Source: Oscillospiraceae bacterium
Lineage (GTDB): Bacteria; Bacillota; Clostridia; Oscillospirales; Acutalibacteraceae
Assembly: GCA_015065885.1 (NCBI GenBank)
Contig: SVPJ01000005.1
Location: 1,915 to 65,914, forward strand
Direction: 5' to 3'
Length of the DNA: 64,000 bases
Notes under the pieces: generated by a model
Database searches by the model: none
The model's input: only the letters and a program-made list of their open reading frames with translations
Told to the model about the DNA's origin: nothing
Program-made: the position numbers and the translations under genes
Shown here: positions 22,800 through 30,708 of the stretch, in pieces
Layout: the number at the start of each line of letters is the position of its first letter
How positions within the stretch are numbered: position 1 is the first letter of the stretch

Positions 22800-23729
22800 T
22801 TAACCTCCTATTAAACTTGCCAGCCCCACGATGAGCGGCATCGTGACGGCAGACAGCAACGTTGACAAAACGACCAGATTGACCGAGAGGGTGGGGGAGC
22901 GGTCGAATTTCGCCGCGAACATGGTGGTGGCGGTGGCGACGGGCGCACTTGCACCGATGACCGCCGAGACCAGTACCGTGCCGCGGATGCCGCACACCCA
23001 CAGTACCCCAAGCGTGATGAGCGGAATGAGCGCCAGCCGCAAGGCGATGGTGAGATACGCCGAGCGGTCGCGCAACGCCTCTTTGATATTGGCCCCCGCA
23101 AGGTAGTACCCGATGATGAGCATCGGCACGGGGGTGTTCAAATTCGCAAGATGACTGACGGGAGAGGCGATGACGGTGGGTAACGTGATGCCGCCGAGCA
23201 GGAAAAATAACCCCAGTGTGACGCCGATCAGGCCGGGGTTGAGCAGTACCTTACGCAAGGAAAGCGCCTTTACACCACCGCTCATAACGCCGACGCCGTA
23301 GGTCCACAGCACGATATTGAACACCGCCACGAATACCGCGCCGAAAAAGACGCCGTCATCCCCTAAGATGGCTTGCTGTAAAGGGATCGCCATATACCCC
23401 GCGTTGGAGAATACCACACCGAAGCGCAGAACAGCACGGCGACTTTCCTCCTTATCGCGGCACAAAAGGTGCGCCAAGGCGATTCCCAAAAGGTGCACCC
23501 CCACGGCTGCCAGCGCCGCAACGCCCAGATCCTTCATCAGCGCAGCAGTGAGCGGACGCTGAAACGAGCGGATGATCACACACGGGGTGGCGAAATACAG
23601 CACCACGTCCGCCATGCACCGCACGGCGGCGGCGGACAACAGTTTGGCTTTGGTGCAAACGACACCCACGCCGATCAGCAAAAACAGCACCAACACCTGT
23701 GTGCCGACGGTCAAAAAGTTCTCAAGCAT
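22800..23729 (-). CDS. AEC (auxin efflux carrier) family transporter
   Basis: 309-aa polytopic membrane protein with the typical AEC N-terminus (MLENFLTVGTQVLVLFLLIGVGVV). AGGAGG RBS. Confidence 0.75.
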   Translation of the reverse strand: MLENFLTVGTQVLVLFLLIGVGVVCTKAKLLSAAAVRCMADVVLYFATPCVIIRSFQRPLTAALMKDLGVAALAAVGVHLLGIALAHLLCRDKEESRRAVLRFGVVFSNAGYMAIPLQQAILGDDGVFFGAVFVAVFNIVLWTYGVGVMSGGVKALSLRKVLLNPGLIGVTLGLFFLLGGITLPTVIASPVSHLANLNTPVPMLIIGYYLAGANIKEALRDRSAYLTIALRLALIPLITLGVLWVCGIRGTVLVSAVIGASAPVATATTMFAAKFDRSPTLSVNLVVLSTLLSAVTMPLIVGLASLIGG

Positions 23730-23822
23730 TGCTTACCGACCTCCTGCTAACAGAATAGCATATTTTGTCCGAAAAGCAAAGAGAAAATACGAATTCCGCA
23801 AAAAAAGATGATAATACAACAA

Positions 23823-23867
23823 AAAAACATCCATCGTATCGGACAGCCCGAGACGATGGATGTTTTT
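23823..23867. terminator. Bidirectional hairpin terminator
   Basis: AAAAACATCCATCGT / ACGATGGATGTTTTT arms flanked by A- and T-runs. Confidence 0.7.
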
Positions 23868-23877
23868 CACAAAGCCA

Positions 23878-24240
23878 TTACGCGATGCAGACTTCACGCG
23901 AAGGTGCCGCGCCGCCGGCGGGCACTTCATGCAGCGGATGCAAGGCGTTGTACAGCTCCCGCTTTTGACGGGCGCGTTTTTTCTTTTCGGCACGGGCGAG
24001 AGCGGCGTCCCGCTTCATCAGCAATACGCAAAAACCGAACAGCGACAGCCGCAGGGCGACCAACAGAAGGGTGAGTACGGGGAACTTGACGGCGGACAGA
24101 AGTCCCATCGACAAGAGTTCCACCGCGCAGGTGCCGAGCGGCAACCAAAGAAACTCACGCGTTTCACGCATTTTGGAACGGCACAGCATATACAAAAACA
24201 TACCCGCCATCAACAAAGCAAAGGTCAAATTCAAGATCAT
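23878..24240 (-). CDS. Hypothetical small membrane protein
   Basis: Three predicted TM helices then a basic tail (AEKKKRARQKRE). ATG at 24240 has a GGAGG RBS; the ORF-track start at 24303 is less likely. Confidence 0.6.
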   Translation of the reverse strand: MILNLTFALLMAGMFLYMLCRSKMRETREFLWLPLGTCAVELLSMGLLSAVKFPVLTLLLVALRLSLFGFCVLLMKRDAALARAEKKKRARQKRELYNALHPLHEVPAGGAAPSREVCIA

Positions 24241-24313
24241 AACGGATACCTCCAAACCGAACAAATGTTTTACTGTAATTTCAGTATACACGAAAAAAAT
24301 CATTTGTCAATAG

Positions 24314-24358
24314 AAAAACGAACAAATTTTCGATTTTTCCGAAAATTTGTTCGTTTTT
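24314..24358 (-). terminator. Rho-independent terminator after the zinc-ribbon membrane protein gene
   Basis: AAACGAACAAATTTTCG / CGAAAATTTGTTCGTTT stem with flanking A/T runs. Confidence 0.7.
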
Positions 24359-24385
24359 GTTCTTTTTCTGTGAAGTTATTCAGCT

Positions 24386-25435
24386 TTACACCGTTTGGCG
24401 GCGGCGACGAAGAATGCGCATGACCGCAAACAAAACGATGCACAGCACACCGCCGCCGATGAGGCAGAAGCCGACCTGCCAGAAGCCCGACAGCACGGCG
24501 TGAACCAAGGCGGACAGTACGTTTGCGGAGAAGGGGAGTCCTGCCGAGGCAATGACATCCACGGCGAGTGCTTCCACCCCTAACGTGAGGGAGGCAATAC
24601 CGCCTGCAATGAGTAAAGCGATACCACTGTACAGCGAGGTGAGGAAGTGACCGCACAGATTGAACAGCGCGAGGAGCAACACCAACAAAAGACACAGACC
24701 GACGGCGGCGTAAAACGCTTCGTTGTATACCAATTGTACCGTATTGACCACGGTAACGTCGTCTTGGGGCAGGATCGTCGACATATCGAGTTGTTCCACG
24801 ATGCCGCTTTCGTCGATCGCACTTTCGATCATCGCGTAATGTTCGTCGGTCAGAGATTTTCCGCCCGTTACCTTTTCGATCACCGCTTCGTTTTCCCGCA
24901 CCAAATTGAGCAACTCCTCCTTGGTCACGGCAACGTCGTTTTCACCGCTCATAAAAGCGGAGAGGTACGCGGCAGTCTTCTCCGAAAGAAATTCATCCAG
25001 CGTGGAGGAATCCAACACCTTTTGCAGTTCGGTTTCGGTGAGGATGTCCATCTCGCTTTCGGCGGCCGCCTGCTCGTACGCGTCGTAGATGACGGCGGCA
25101 AAAGAGTCGGTCTCGCCCTCGGTGAGGACTTCGGCGATCATTTTGGTGGGCTCGATCTTGTTGAACAGAGATTCCACCGTGGATACTTTGGGAATACGGC
25201 GTGCGGCGGACAGTGTGGTGAAGAGCAACAGTGCCGCGACCAACAGCATGGTGAGCGGAATGCTGAAGATGCAACGGATCACGCGCCACCACGTGGGTGT
25301 CCCTTTTTTGACGGGGATCTCTGCCGTCTCTTCCGCGACGGGCGCGGGCAACTCCAGTGTCCTGCCGCAAGCGGTGCAGATCGCGGCGTCTTCGTTCACG
25401 TCTTTGCCGCAGTGCGGGCAAATGATGGTGGTCAT
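24386..25435 (-). CDS. Zinc-ribbon domain membrane protein, function unknown
   Basis: N-terminal CPHCG...CTACG zinc ribbon, a TM helix, an acidic helical ectodomain and C-terminal TM helices. Confidence 0.65.
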   Translation of the reverse strand: MTTIICPHCGKDVNEDAAICTACGRTLELPAPVAEETAEIPVKKGTPTWWRVIRCIFSIPLTMLLVAALLLFTTLSAARRIPKVSTVESLFNKIEPTKMIAEVLTEGETDSFAAVIYDAYEQAAAESEMDILTETELQKVLDSSTLDEFLSEKTAAYLSAFMSGENDVAVTKEELLNLVRENEAVIEKVTGGKSLTDEHYAMIESAIDESGIVEQLDMSTILPQDDVTVVNTVQLVYNEAFYAAVGLCLLLVLLLALFNLCGHFLTSLYSGIALLIAGGIASLTLGVEALAVDVIASAGLPFSANVLSALVHAVLSGFWQVGFCLIGGGVLCIVLFAVMRILRRRRQTV

Positions 25436-25509
25436 ACAAACACCTCCGATAATGTAGTATGTTTATCTTACCATAAAGTGAAAAAACTGTCAATGTAGGT
25501 GCCGACCTC

Positions 25510-25537
25510 TTGCATTTTCGGGAAAGTGCGGTATAAT
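25510..25537 (+). promoter_or_regulatory. Sigma-A promoter for ktrB/ktrA
   Basis: TTGCAT (25510-25515), 16-nt spacer, TATAAT (25532-25537). Confidence 0.55.
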
Positions 25538-25568
25538 AGGAGTATATTGTATACGAAGGAGGCGGCGT

Positions 25569-26903
25569 ATGAAACGCGAGAGACGGTCGTTCAGGATATC
25601 GCCGTTTCGGGTGATCCTTTTTGGATTCGTGGGGGTCATTCTGCTTGGCGCTTTACTGTTGATGTTGCCCTTCTCTTCCCGCGGTGCGGGCGGTGCGTCC
25701 TTTCCCGACGCGCTGTTTACCGCCACCTCCGCCGTGTGTGTGACGGGGTTGATCGTGCAGGATACCGCGACGTACTGGAGTGGTTTCGGGCAAGTCATCA
25801 TACTGTTGCTGATACAGGTCGGCGGACTCGGCGTGGTGACGGTGGCGGCTTCGGTGGTGCGCCTGACGGGCAAAAAGATCGGATTACGGCAACGCAGTTT
25901 GATGCAGGAGGCGACGGCCGCACCGCAGATGGGCGGTATCGTCCGTTTGACGGGCTTTATCGTGAAGGTCACTTTCTTGGTGGAAGGCATCGGCGCCGTG
26001 CTGTTTTCCTTCGCGTTTTGCCCCGAATTCGGGTTTTGGCAAGGGCTGTGGTATGCGGTGTTTCACGCGATCTCGGCCTTTTGTAACGCGGGGTTTGACC
26101 TGATGGGTGTGCGTGCCCCGTTTTCCTCGCTCACGACCTTTGCAACGCATCCGCTCGTGAACACGGTGGTGATGTTGCTTATCGTACTCGGCGGCATCGG
26201 CTTTTTGACGTGGGAGGATATGTACGTTCACAAATGGCGTCTTTCCCGTTACCGTATGCAAAGTAAAGTGATCCTCGCGGTGACGGCGGTGCTCATCTTC
26301 CTGCCTGCCGTGTACTATTTCTTCTTCGAGTTTACCGAAGGGACGGTCGCGGCGCGGATATGGTATTCGCTGTTCCAATCGGTGACGGCGCGCACGGCAG
26401 GTTTTAACACGGTGGACCTCGCGGCGATGCGTTCGCCCGCTCTGCTCGTGATGATCTGCTTGATGCTGATCGGCGGTTCACCCGGATCCACGGCGGGTGG
26501 TATGAAGACGACGACGGTGGCGGTACTCGGCTCGTCGGCGGTCTCGGTGTTTCGGCGGCGGGAACACGCGCACTTCTTCGGTCGGCGCATTCCGACCGAA
26601 ACGTTCCGTAACGCGGCGGCGATCCTCATTATGTATATGGTGTTATTTATCGGCAGCGGTATCGTGATCTGCCATATGGAAGGGTTGCCTCTGCTTTCGT
26701 GTTTGTACGAAACGGCGTCCGCCATCGGCACGGTCGGAACGACGCTCGGTATTACGGGGCAGGTGAGCATGGTCTCACGCGGAATCTTGATCGGATTGAT
26801 GTTGTTTGGCCGTGTGGGTGGTCTTACGATGATCTATGCGGCGTTGTCCGACGGACGCGGCGACGTGTCGCGTTTGCCGGAGGAAAAAATTACGGTAGGA
26901 TAA
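25569..26903 (+). CDS. ktrB: TrkH/KtrB family potassium uptake membrane subunit
   Basis: Repeated pore-loop motifs (TARTAGFNTV, GGSPGSTAGGMKTTT) and about 8-10 TM helices. Confidence 0.88.
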   Translation: MKRERRSFRISPFRVILFGFVGVILLGALLLMLPFSSRGAGGASFPDALFTATSAVCVTGLIVQDTATYWSGFGQVIILLLIQVGGLGVVTVAASVVRLTGKKIGLRQRSLMQEATAAPQMGGIVRLTGFIVKVTFLVEGIGAVLFSFAFCPEFGFWQGLWYAVFHAISAFCNAGFDLMGVRAPFSSLTTFATHPLVNTVVMLLIVLGGIGFLTWEDMYVHKWRLSRYRMQSKVILAVTAVLIFLPAVYYFFFEFTEGTVAARIWYSLFQSVTARTAGFNTVDLAAMRSPALLVMICLMLIGGSPGSTAGGMKTTTVAVLGSSAVSVFRRREHAHFFGRRIPTETFRNAAAILIMYMVLFIGSGIVICHMEGLPLLSCLYETASAIGTVGTTLGITGQVSMVSRGILIGLMLFGRVGGLTMIYAALSDGRGDVSRLPEEKITVG

Positions 26904-26915
26904 AGGAGAAACGCT

Positions 26916-27563
26916 ATGAAATCGGTTTTGTTGATCGGGCTTGGTCTGTTTGGGCAGCATATTGCCCGTGAGTTGGATCAGCTCAAGCATCAGGTGTTGG
27001 CGGTGGATATTTGTGAAGAGCGGGTAAACGCGGTGTTGCCGTACGTCACGAGCGCGCAGATCGGCGACAGCACGAGCGAGGAGTTTTTGCGCTCGCTCGG
27101 CGTGCGTAACTTCGACGTGTGCATCGTCACCATCGGAGAAAGTTTTCAAAATTCCTTACAGACTACCTCGTTGCTCAAAGAGCTCGGTGCGCCGATGGTG
27201 GTCTCCCGCGCGTCCAACGACGTACACGCGAAGTTTTTGCTGAAGAACGGTGCGGACGAAGTGGTGTATCCCGAACGGGAACTCGCGTCGTGGACGGCGA
27301 TCCGTTACACCGCCGACCATATTCTCGACTATATCGAATTGGACGGCGAATACGCGATCTTTGAGGTGGCGGTGCCCGACGAGTGGTGCGGTAAGACGGT
27401 GGTGCAGCTGGATATCCGCAAAAAATACGGCATCAACGTGATGGGCGTGAAGAGTGACGGGGTGTTGAACATGGCGGTAACGCCCGACACCCCGCTGACA
27501 GAGGGCGGCTCGGTGATGGTACTCGGCCGCCGGCGGGATATTCAGCGGTATTTCCGTCTGTAA
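26916..27563 (+). CDS. ktrA: TrkA/KtrA family potassium uptake regulatory subunit (RCK domain)
   Basis: Rossmann motif IGLGLFGQHIAREL, then an RCK_C-like C-terminus (GKTVVQLDIRKKYGINVMGV). Confidence 0.88.
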   Translation: MKSVLLIGLGLFGQHIARELDQLKHQVLAVDICEERVNAVLPYVTSAQIGDSTSEEFLRSLGVRNFDVCIVTIGESFQNSLQTTSLLKELGAPMVVSRASNDVHAKFLLKNGADEVVYPERELASWTAIRYTADHILDYIELDGEYAIFEVAVPDEWCGKTVVQLDIRKKYGINVMGVKSDGVLNMAVTPDTPLTEGGSVMVLGRRRDIQRYFRL

Positions 27564-27592
27564 ATAAATTTTGAGAAAATCTAAAAAAAGAC

Positions 27593-27621
27593 TTGATTTT
27601 TTGCGGATTGTCCAGTATAAT
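27593..27621 (+). promoter_or_regulatory. Sigma-A promoter for tRNA-Ser
   Basis: TTGATT (27593-27598), 17-nt spacer, TATAAT (27616-27621). Confidence 0.6.
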
Positions 27622-27649
27622 GTATTGGCGCCTTGAAAAAGCGAGTTAC

Positions 27650-27741
27650 GGAGAGATGGCTGAGCTGGTCGAAGGCGCACGATTGGAAATCGTGTAACGG
27701 CTATAAACCGTTCGGGGGTTCGAATCCCCCTCTCTCCGCCA
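27650..27741 (+). tRNA. tRNA-Ser (anticodon GGA), CCA encoded
   Basis: Acceptor GGAGAGA/TCTCTCC, anticodon stem CACGA/TCGTG with loop TTGGAAA, a long variable arm (class II), T-arm GGGGGTTCGAATCCCCC, and a GCCA end. Confidence 0.9.
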
Positions 27742-27744
27742 AAC

Positions 27745-27783
27745 AAAAGAACACACCCCAACGGGGTGTGTTCTTTTGTTTTT
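27745..27783 (+). terminator. Rho-independent terminator after tRNA-Ser
   Basis: 13-bp stem AAGAACACACCCC / GGGGTGTGTTCTT, loop AAC, T-rich tail. Confidence 0.8.
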
Positions 27784-27793
27784 GGCTTCAGAG

Positions 27794-27892
27794 GGGGATT
27801 CGAAACGAACTCCAAGGGTGAGTGCCCAACGGGCGCGAAGCCTTGGGAGCAACAGTCCGGGGGACTGTTGCGTTCGTGAGAAGAGAATCCCC
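27794..27892 (+). ncRNA. Candidate structured RNA of unknown class (Y-shaped three-way junction)
   Basis: P1 is 27794-27801/27885-27892 (8 bp). P1b is 27805-27810/27872-27877. P2 is 27812-27817/27841-27846, enclosing GUGA/GAAG and hairpin 27822-27836. P3 is 27849-27858/27862-27871 (10 bp). No unpaired junction nucleotides; followed by its own terminator. Confidence 0.45.
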
Positions 27893-27930
27893 GTAAACTA
27901 CGATAAGCAGGCGTGTGAGGAGAGGGTATG

Positions 27931-27964
27931 CACACCGAAGCGGGGTGTGTTCTTTTGTTTTGGG
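27931..27964 (+). terminator. Second terminator, paralogous to the tRNA-Ser terminator
   Basis: CACACC-GAAG-CGGGGTGTGTTCTTTTGTTTT. The 21-nt 3' arm plus T-tract (27941-27961) is identical to 27762-27782. Confidence 0.65.
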
Positions 27965-28035
27965 TACCGCAACGGGAAGGCGTGAAATGCCCCATGTTAA
28001 GACGTGTTTTCCGTATTCGCCCCCTCGCAAAAACA

Positions 28036-28064
28036 TTGACAGTCACCCCTAAATGTGGTACAAT
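28036..28064 (+). promoter_or_regulatory. Sigma-A promoter with extended -10 for the acyltransferase gene
   Basis: TTGACA (28036-28041), 17-nt spacer ending in TGG, TACAAT (28059-28064). Confidence 0.65.
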
Positions 28065-28103
28065 ACCTGTTATGTAATACAAGATAGTGTGAGGAGGGGT
28101 GAC

Positions 28104-29318
28104 GTGGCACAGACGAAGAAAAAGCCGTGGATGCGGTTTCGGCATCGGGTGGTGCGTAATATCGCGTTTGCCGTGCTGTACCCGTATTCCCGTGTGAAAT
28201 ACGGTTTTCACGTGGAGAAATTCCGCGAGCAGGGAAAGCGGCAGTACCTTATTTTGTTCAATCACCAGACGGCGTTTGACCAATTTTTCGTCGGTATGGC
28301 GTTTCGCGGTCCCGTGTACTACCTCGCTTCGGAAGACCTGTTTTCGAACGGGTGGGTGTCGTCGTTGATCCGTTGGTTGGTTGCCCCCATTCCGATCAAA
28401 AAGCAGGCGACGGATATTGCCGCGGTGAAAAAGTGTATGGCGGTGGCGAAAGAGGGTGGCACCATTGCCATCGCCCCCGAAGGCAACCGCACCTACAGCG
28501 GCAAGACCGAATACATCAACCCTGCCATCGTACCGCTCGCGAAGAAATTGGGACTCCCCATCGTGCTGTACCGTTTGGAAGGCGGCTACGGCGTGCAGCC
28601 CCGCTGGAGTGACGGCACGCGCCGCGGCAACATGCGTGGGTACGTTTCCGAAGTGATCGAGCCCGAAGAGTACGCCGCGATGACGGTCGAGCAGTTGCAA
28701 GCCCGTATTGAAGAAGGGTTGTACGTAAACGAAGGCGTCGCAGACGGCGTCTTTCGCCATGCGAAGCGGGCGGAATATCTCGAACGGGCGATGTACGTGT
28801 GCCCGACCTGCGGGCTTACCACGTTTGAAAGCCACGGCAACGAGATCGCCTGCAAGGGATGCGGACTTACCGTAGAGTACGGCATGGATAAACGCCTTGC
28901 GGGCGTGGGGTGTGAATTCCCCTTCGCCTTTACCACCGACTGGTATGCGTATCAACAAGCATTCGTGCATCGGTTGGATCTTACGGCGTACACCGAGACA
29001 CCGATGTACCGCGAGCGAGTGCGGTTGTCGGAAGTGATCCTGCAAGAGCGCAAGCACCTGCTTTCGGAGAACAGCGAGATCGCGCTGTACGGTGACCGCA
29101 TCACGGTGAACGTGGCTGACGCGCCGCAGGTGTTCCGCTTCGAGGATACGTCGGCGGTGACGGTGCTGGGGCGTAATAAGCTGAATATCTACTACGACGG
29201 GCACGTATATCAAGTCAAAGGGGATAAACGCTTCAACGCTTTGAAATACGTGAATATGTTTTATCACTACAAGAACGTGAGCAGGGGGGATACGTGTGGA
29301 GAATTTTTGGGACTTTAA
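28104..29318 (+). CDS. PlsC-like lysophospholipid (1-acyl-sn-glycerol-3-phosphate) acyltransferase family protein with C-terminal extension
   Basis: HX4D motif NHQTAFD and an APEGNRT block. GTG at 28104 has a GAGGAGG RBS. The C-terminal roughly 200 aa contain CPTCG...CKGCG. Confidence 0.7.
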   Translation: MAQTKKKPWMRFRHRVVRNIAFAVLYPYSRVKYGFHVEKFREQGKRQYLILFNHQTAFDQFFVGMAFRGPVYYLASEDLFSNGWVSSLIRWLVAPIPIKKQATDIAAVKKCMAVAKEGGTIAIAPEGNRTYSGKTEYINPAIVPLAKKLGLPIVLYRLEGGYGVQPRWSDGTRRGNMRGYVSEVIEPEEYAAMTVEQLQARIEEGLYVNEGVADGVFRHAKRAEYLERAMYVCPTCGLTTFESHGNEIACKGCGLTVEYGMDKRLAGVGCEFPFAFTTDWYAYQQAFVHRLDLTAYTETPMYRERVRLSEVILQERKHLLSENSEIALYGDRITVNVADAPQVFRFEDTSAVTVLGRNKLNIYYDGHVYQVKGDKRFNALKYVNMFYHYKNVSRGDTCGEFLGL

Positions 29319-30672
29319 CGTATGGGGCAGTTGGAACTTGGTGGCGGTGTTGCTCATCAGTTTGCTGGCCGCCAATATGCTCAAACGATCCGTTCCGTTT
29401 TTGCGGGAGTCGCTGATCCCCACGTCGGTGCTCGGCGGCGGTCTGTTGATCCTTGTGGCGGGTATCTACAAAGGATTTACGGGTAACGTGATGTTCGACA
29501 CTGCCTTTTTCGGCGGACGCGGCACGACCAATCTCGAAATGCTCACCTACCACACGTTGGCGCTCGGTTTTATTGCCTCGACCTTTAAGAGCGGTAAGGG
29601 GACGATGACCAAACAGCGCACCAAAGAAATCTTCAATACGGGTGTGACCACCGTGTCCACCTATTTATTGCAGGCCGTCTTCGGCTTGGGCGTCTCGTTG
29701 ATCGCCGCGTTCGTGATAAAGGATTTCTTCCAAGCGGCGGGCGTGTTGCTGCCGTTTGGGTACGGACAAGGCACGGGTCAAGCGCTGAATTACGGCAACA
29801 TCTACGAAACGCAGTTTGGGTTTGCGGGCGGCAAGAGTTTCGGCCTTACGATCGCGGCACTCGGCTTTCTCAGTGCCAGCATCGGCGGTGTGATCCATCT
29901 GAATATTCTCAAAAAACGCGGCGTTATCTTGAATAAAGCTACGGAAAAGGCGATCCGATCCGAAGAGATCCAGCACGAAAACGAGATCCCGATGCAGGAG
30001 AGTATGGATAAACTGACGGTGCAGATCGCGCTGATCGCGGTGGCGTACATTTTGGCGTACGGATTGATGTTCCTTTTGGGCAACCTGTTGCCGGGCATGA
30101 AAGCGGTCATTTACGGTTTCAACTTCCTGCTCGGTGTGCTGACGGCTACGGTGGTCAAAACGGTGCTGAAATGGTTAAACCGCCGTCAATGGGTGCATCG
30201 GGATTATACCAACGACTTTTTGATGACCCGTACCAGCAACTTCTTCTTTGATCTGATGGTGGTGTCCGGTATCGCCGCCATTCGACTGGATATCTTGGAG
30301 AATTATTGGGGTATCATCCTCATAATGGGTGTGGTCGGTCTGAGCGTCACCTATGTCTACAACCGCATTGTGGCGAAGGTGCTGTTCAAGGATTATGCAG
30401 AAGAGCAGTTCCTCACGATGTACGGTATGCTGACGGGCACTGCCAGCACGGGCATCATTTTGCTGCGCGAGATCGACGGCGATTTCAAGACCCCTGCGGC
30501 GGATAATCTGGTGTATCAGAATTTCCCCGCCATCGTGTTCGGTTTTCCGATGATGTTGCTCGCGACCCTTGCGCCGGTGAAGCCGTATCTCTGTTTCGGC
30601 ATTTTCGTCGCCTTCTTTGCGGTGATGAACGTGATCCTGTTCCGTGAGCAGATATTTAAGAAAAGGAAATGA
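29296..30672 (+). CDS. GltS-family sodium/glutamate symporter-like transporter
   Basis: Blocks resemble E. coli GltS (LKRSVPFLRESLIPTSVLGGGLL; FGYGQGTGQA...FGFAGG...GFLSASIGG; GMLTGTASTG). GTG start overlaps the upstream gene end. Confidence 0.6.
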   Translation: MENFWDFNVWGSWNLVAVLLISLLAANMLKRSVPFLRESLIPTSVLGGGLLILVAGIYKGFTGNVMFDTAFFGGRGTTNLEMLTYHTLALGFIASTFKSGKGTMTKQRTKEIFNTGVTTVSTYLLQAVFGLGVSLIAAFVIKDFFQAAGVLLPFGYGQGTGQALNYGNIYETQFGFAGGKSFGLTIAALGFLSASIGGVIHLNILKKRGVILNKATEKAIRSEEIQHENEIPMQESMDKLTVQIALIAVAYILAYGLMFLLGNLLPGMKAVIYGFNFLLGVLTATVVKTVLKWLNRRQWVHRDYTNDFLMTRTSNFFFDLMVVSGIAAIRLDILENYWGIILIMGVVGLSVTYVYNRIVAKVLFKDYAEEQFLTMYGMLTGTASTGIILLREIDGDFKTPAADNLVYQNFPAIVFGFPMMLLATLAPVKPYLCFGIFVAFFAVMNVILFREQIFKKRK

Positions 30673-30674
30673 GC

Positions 30675-30708
30675 AAAAAAACACCCGCCGTACGGCGGGT
30701 GTTTTTTT
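30675..30708. terminator. Bidirectional terminator between convergent genes
   Basis: AAAAAAACACCCGCC-GTAC-GGCGGGTGTTTTTTT. Confidence 0.8.

Noticed and set aside
25436-25568. c-di-AMP (ydaO-type) riboswitch, as expected upstream of potassium uptake genes.
   Set aside because: Only a promoter and a short leader are present. There is no extended pseudo-symmetric structure or terminator.
27790-27810. tmRNA or second tRNA, because GGGGGATTCGAA resembles a tmRNA 5' end or a tRNA T-arm.
   Set aside because: There is no tRNA-like 3' end with CCA, no tag reading frame and no cloverleaf. The total structured length is about 100 nt. It is kept as an unclassified RNA instead.
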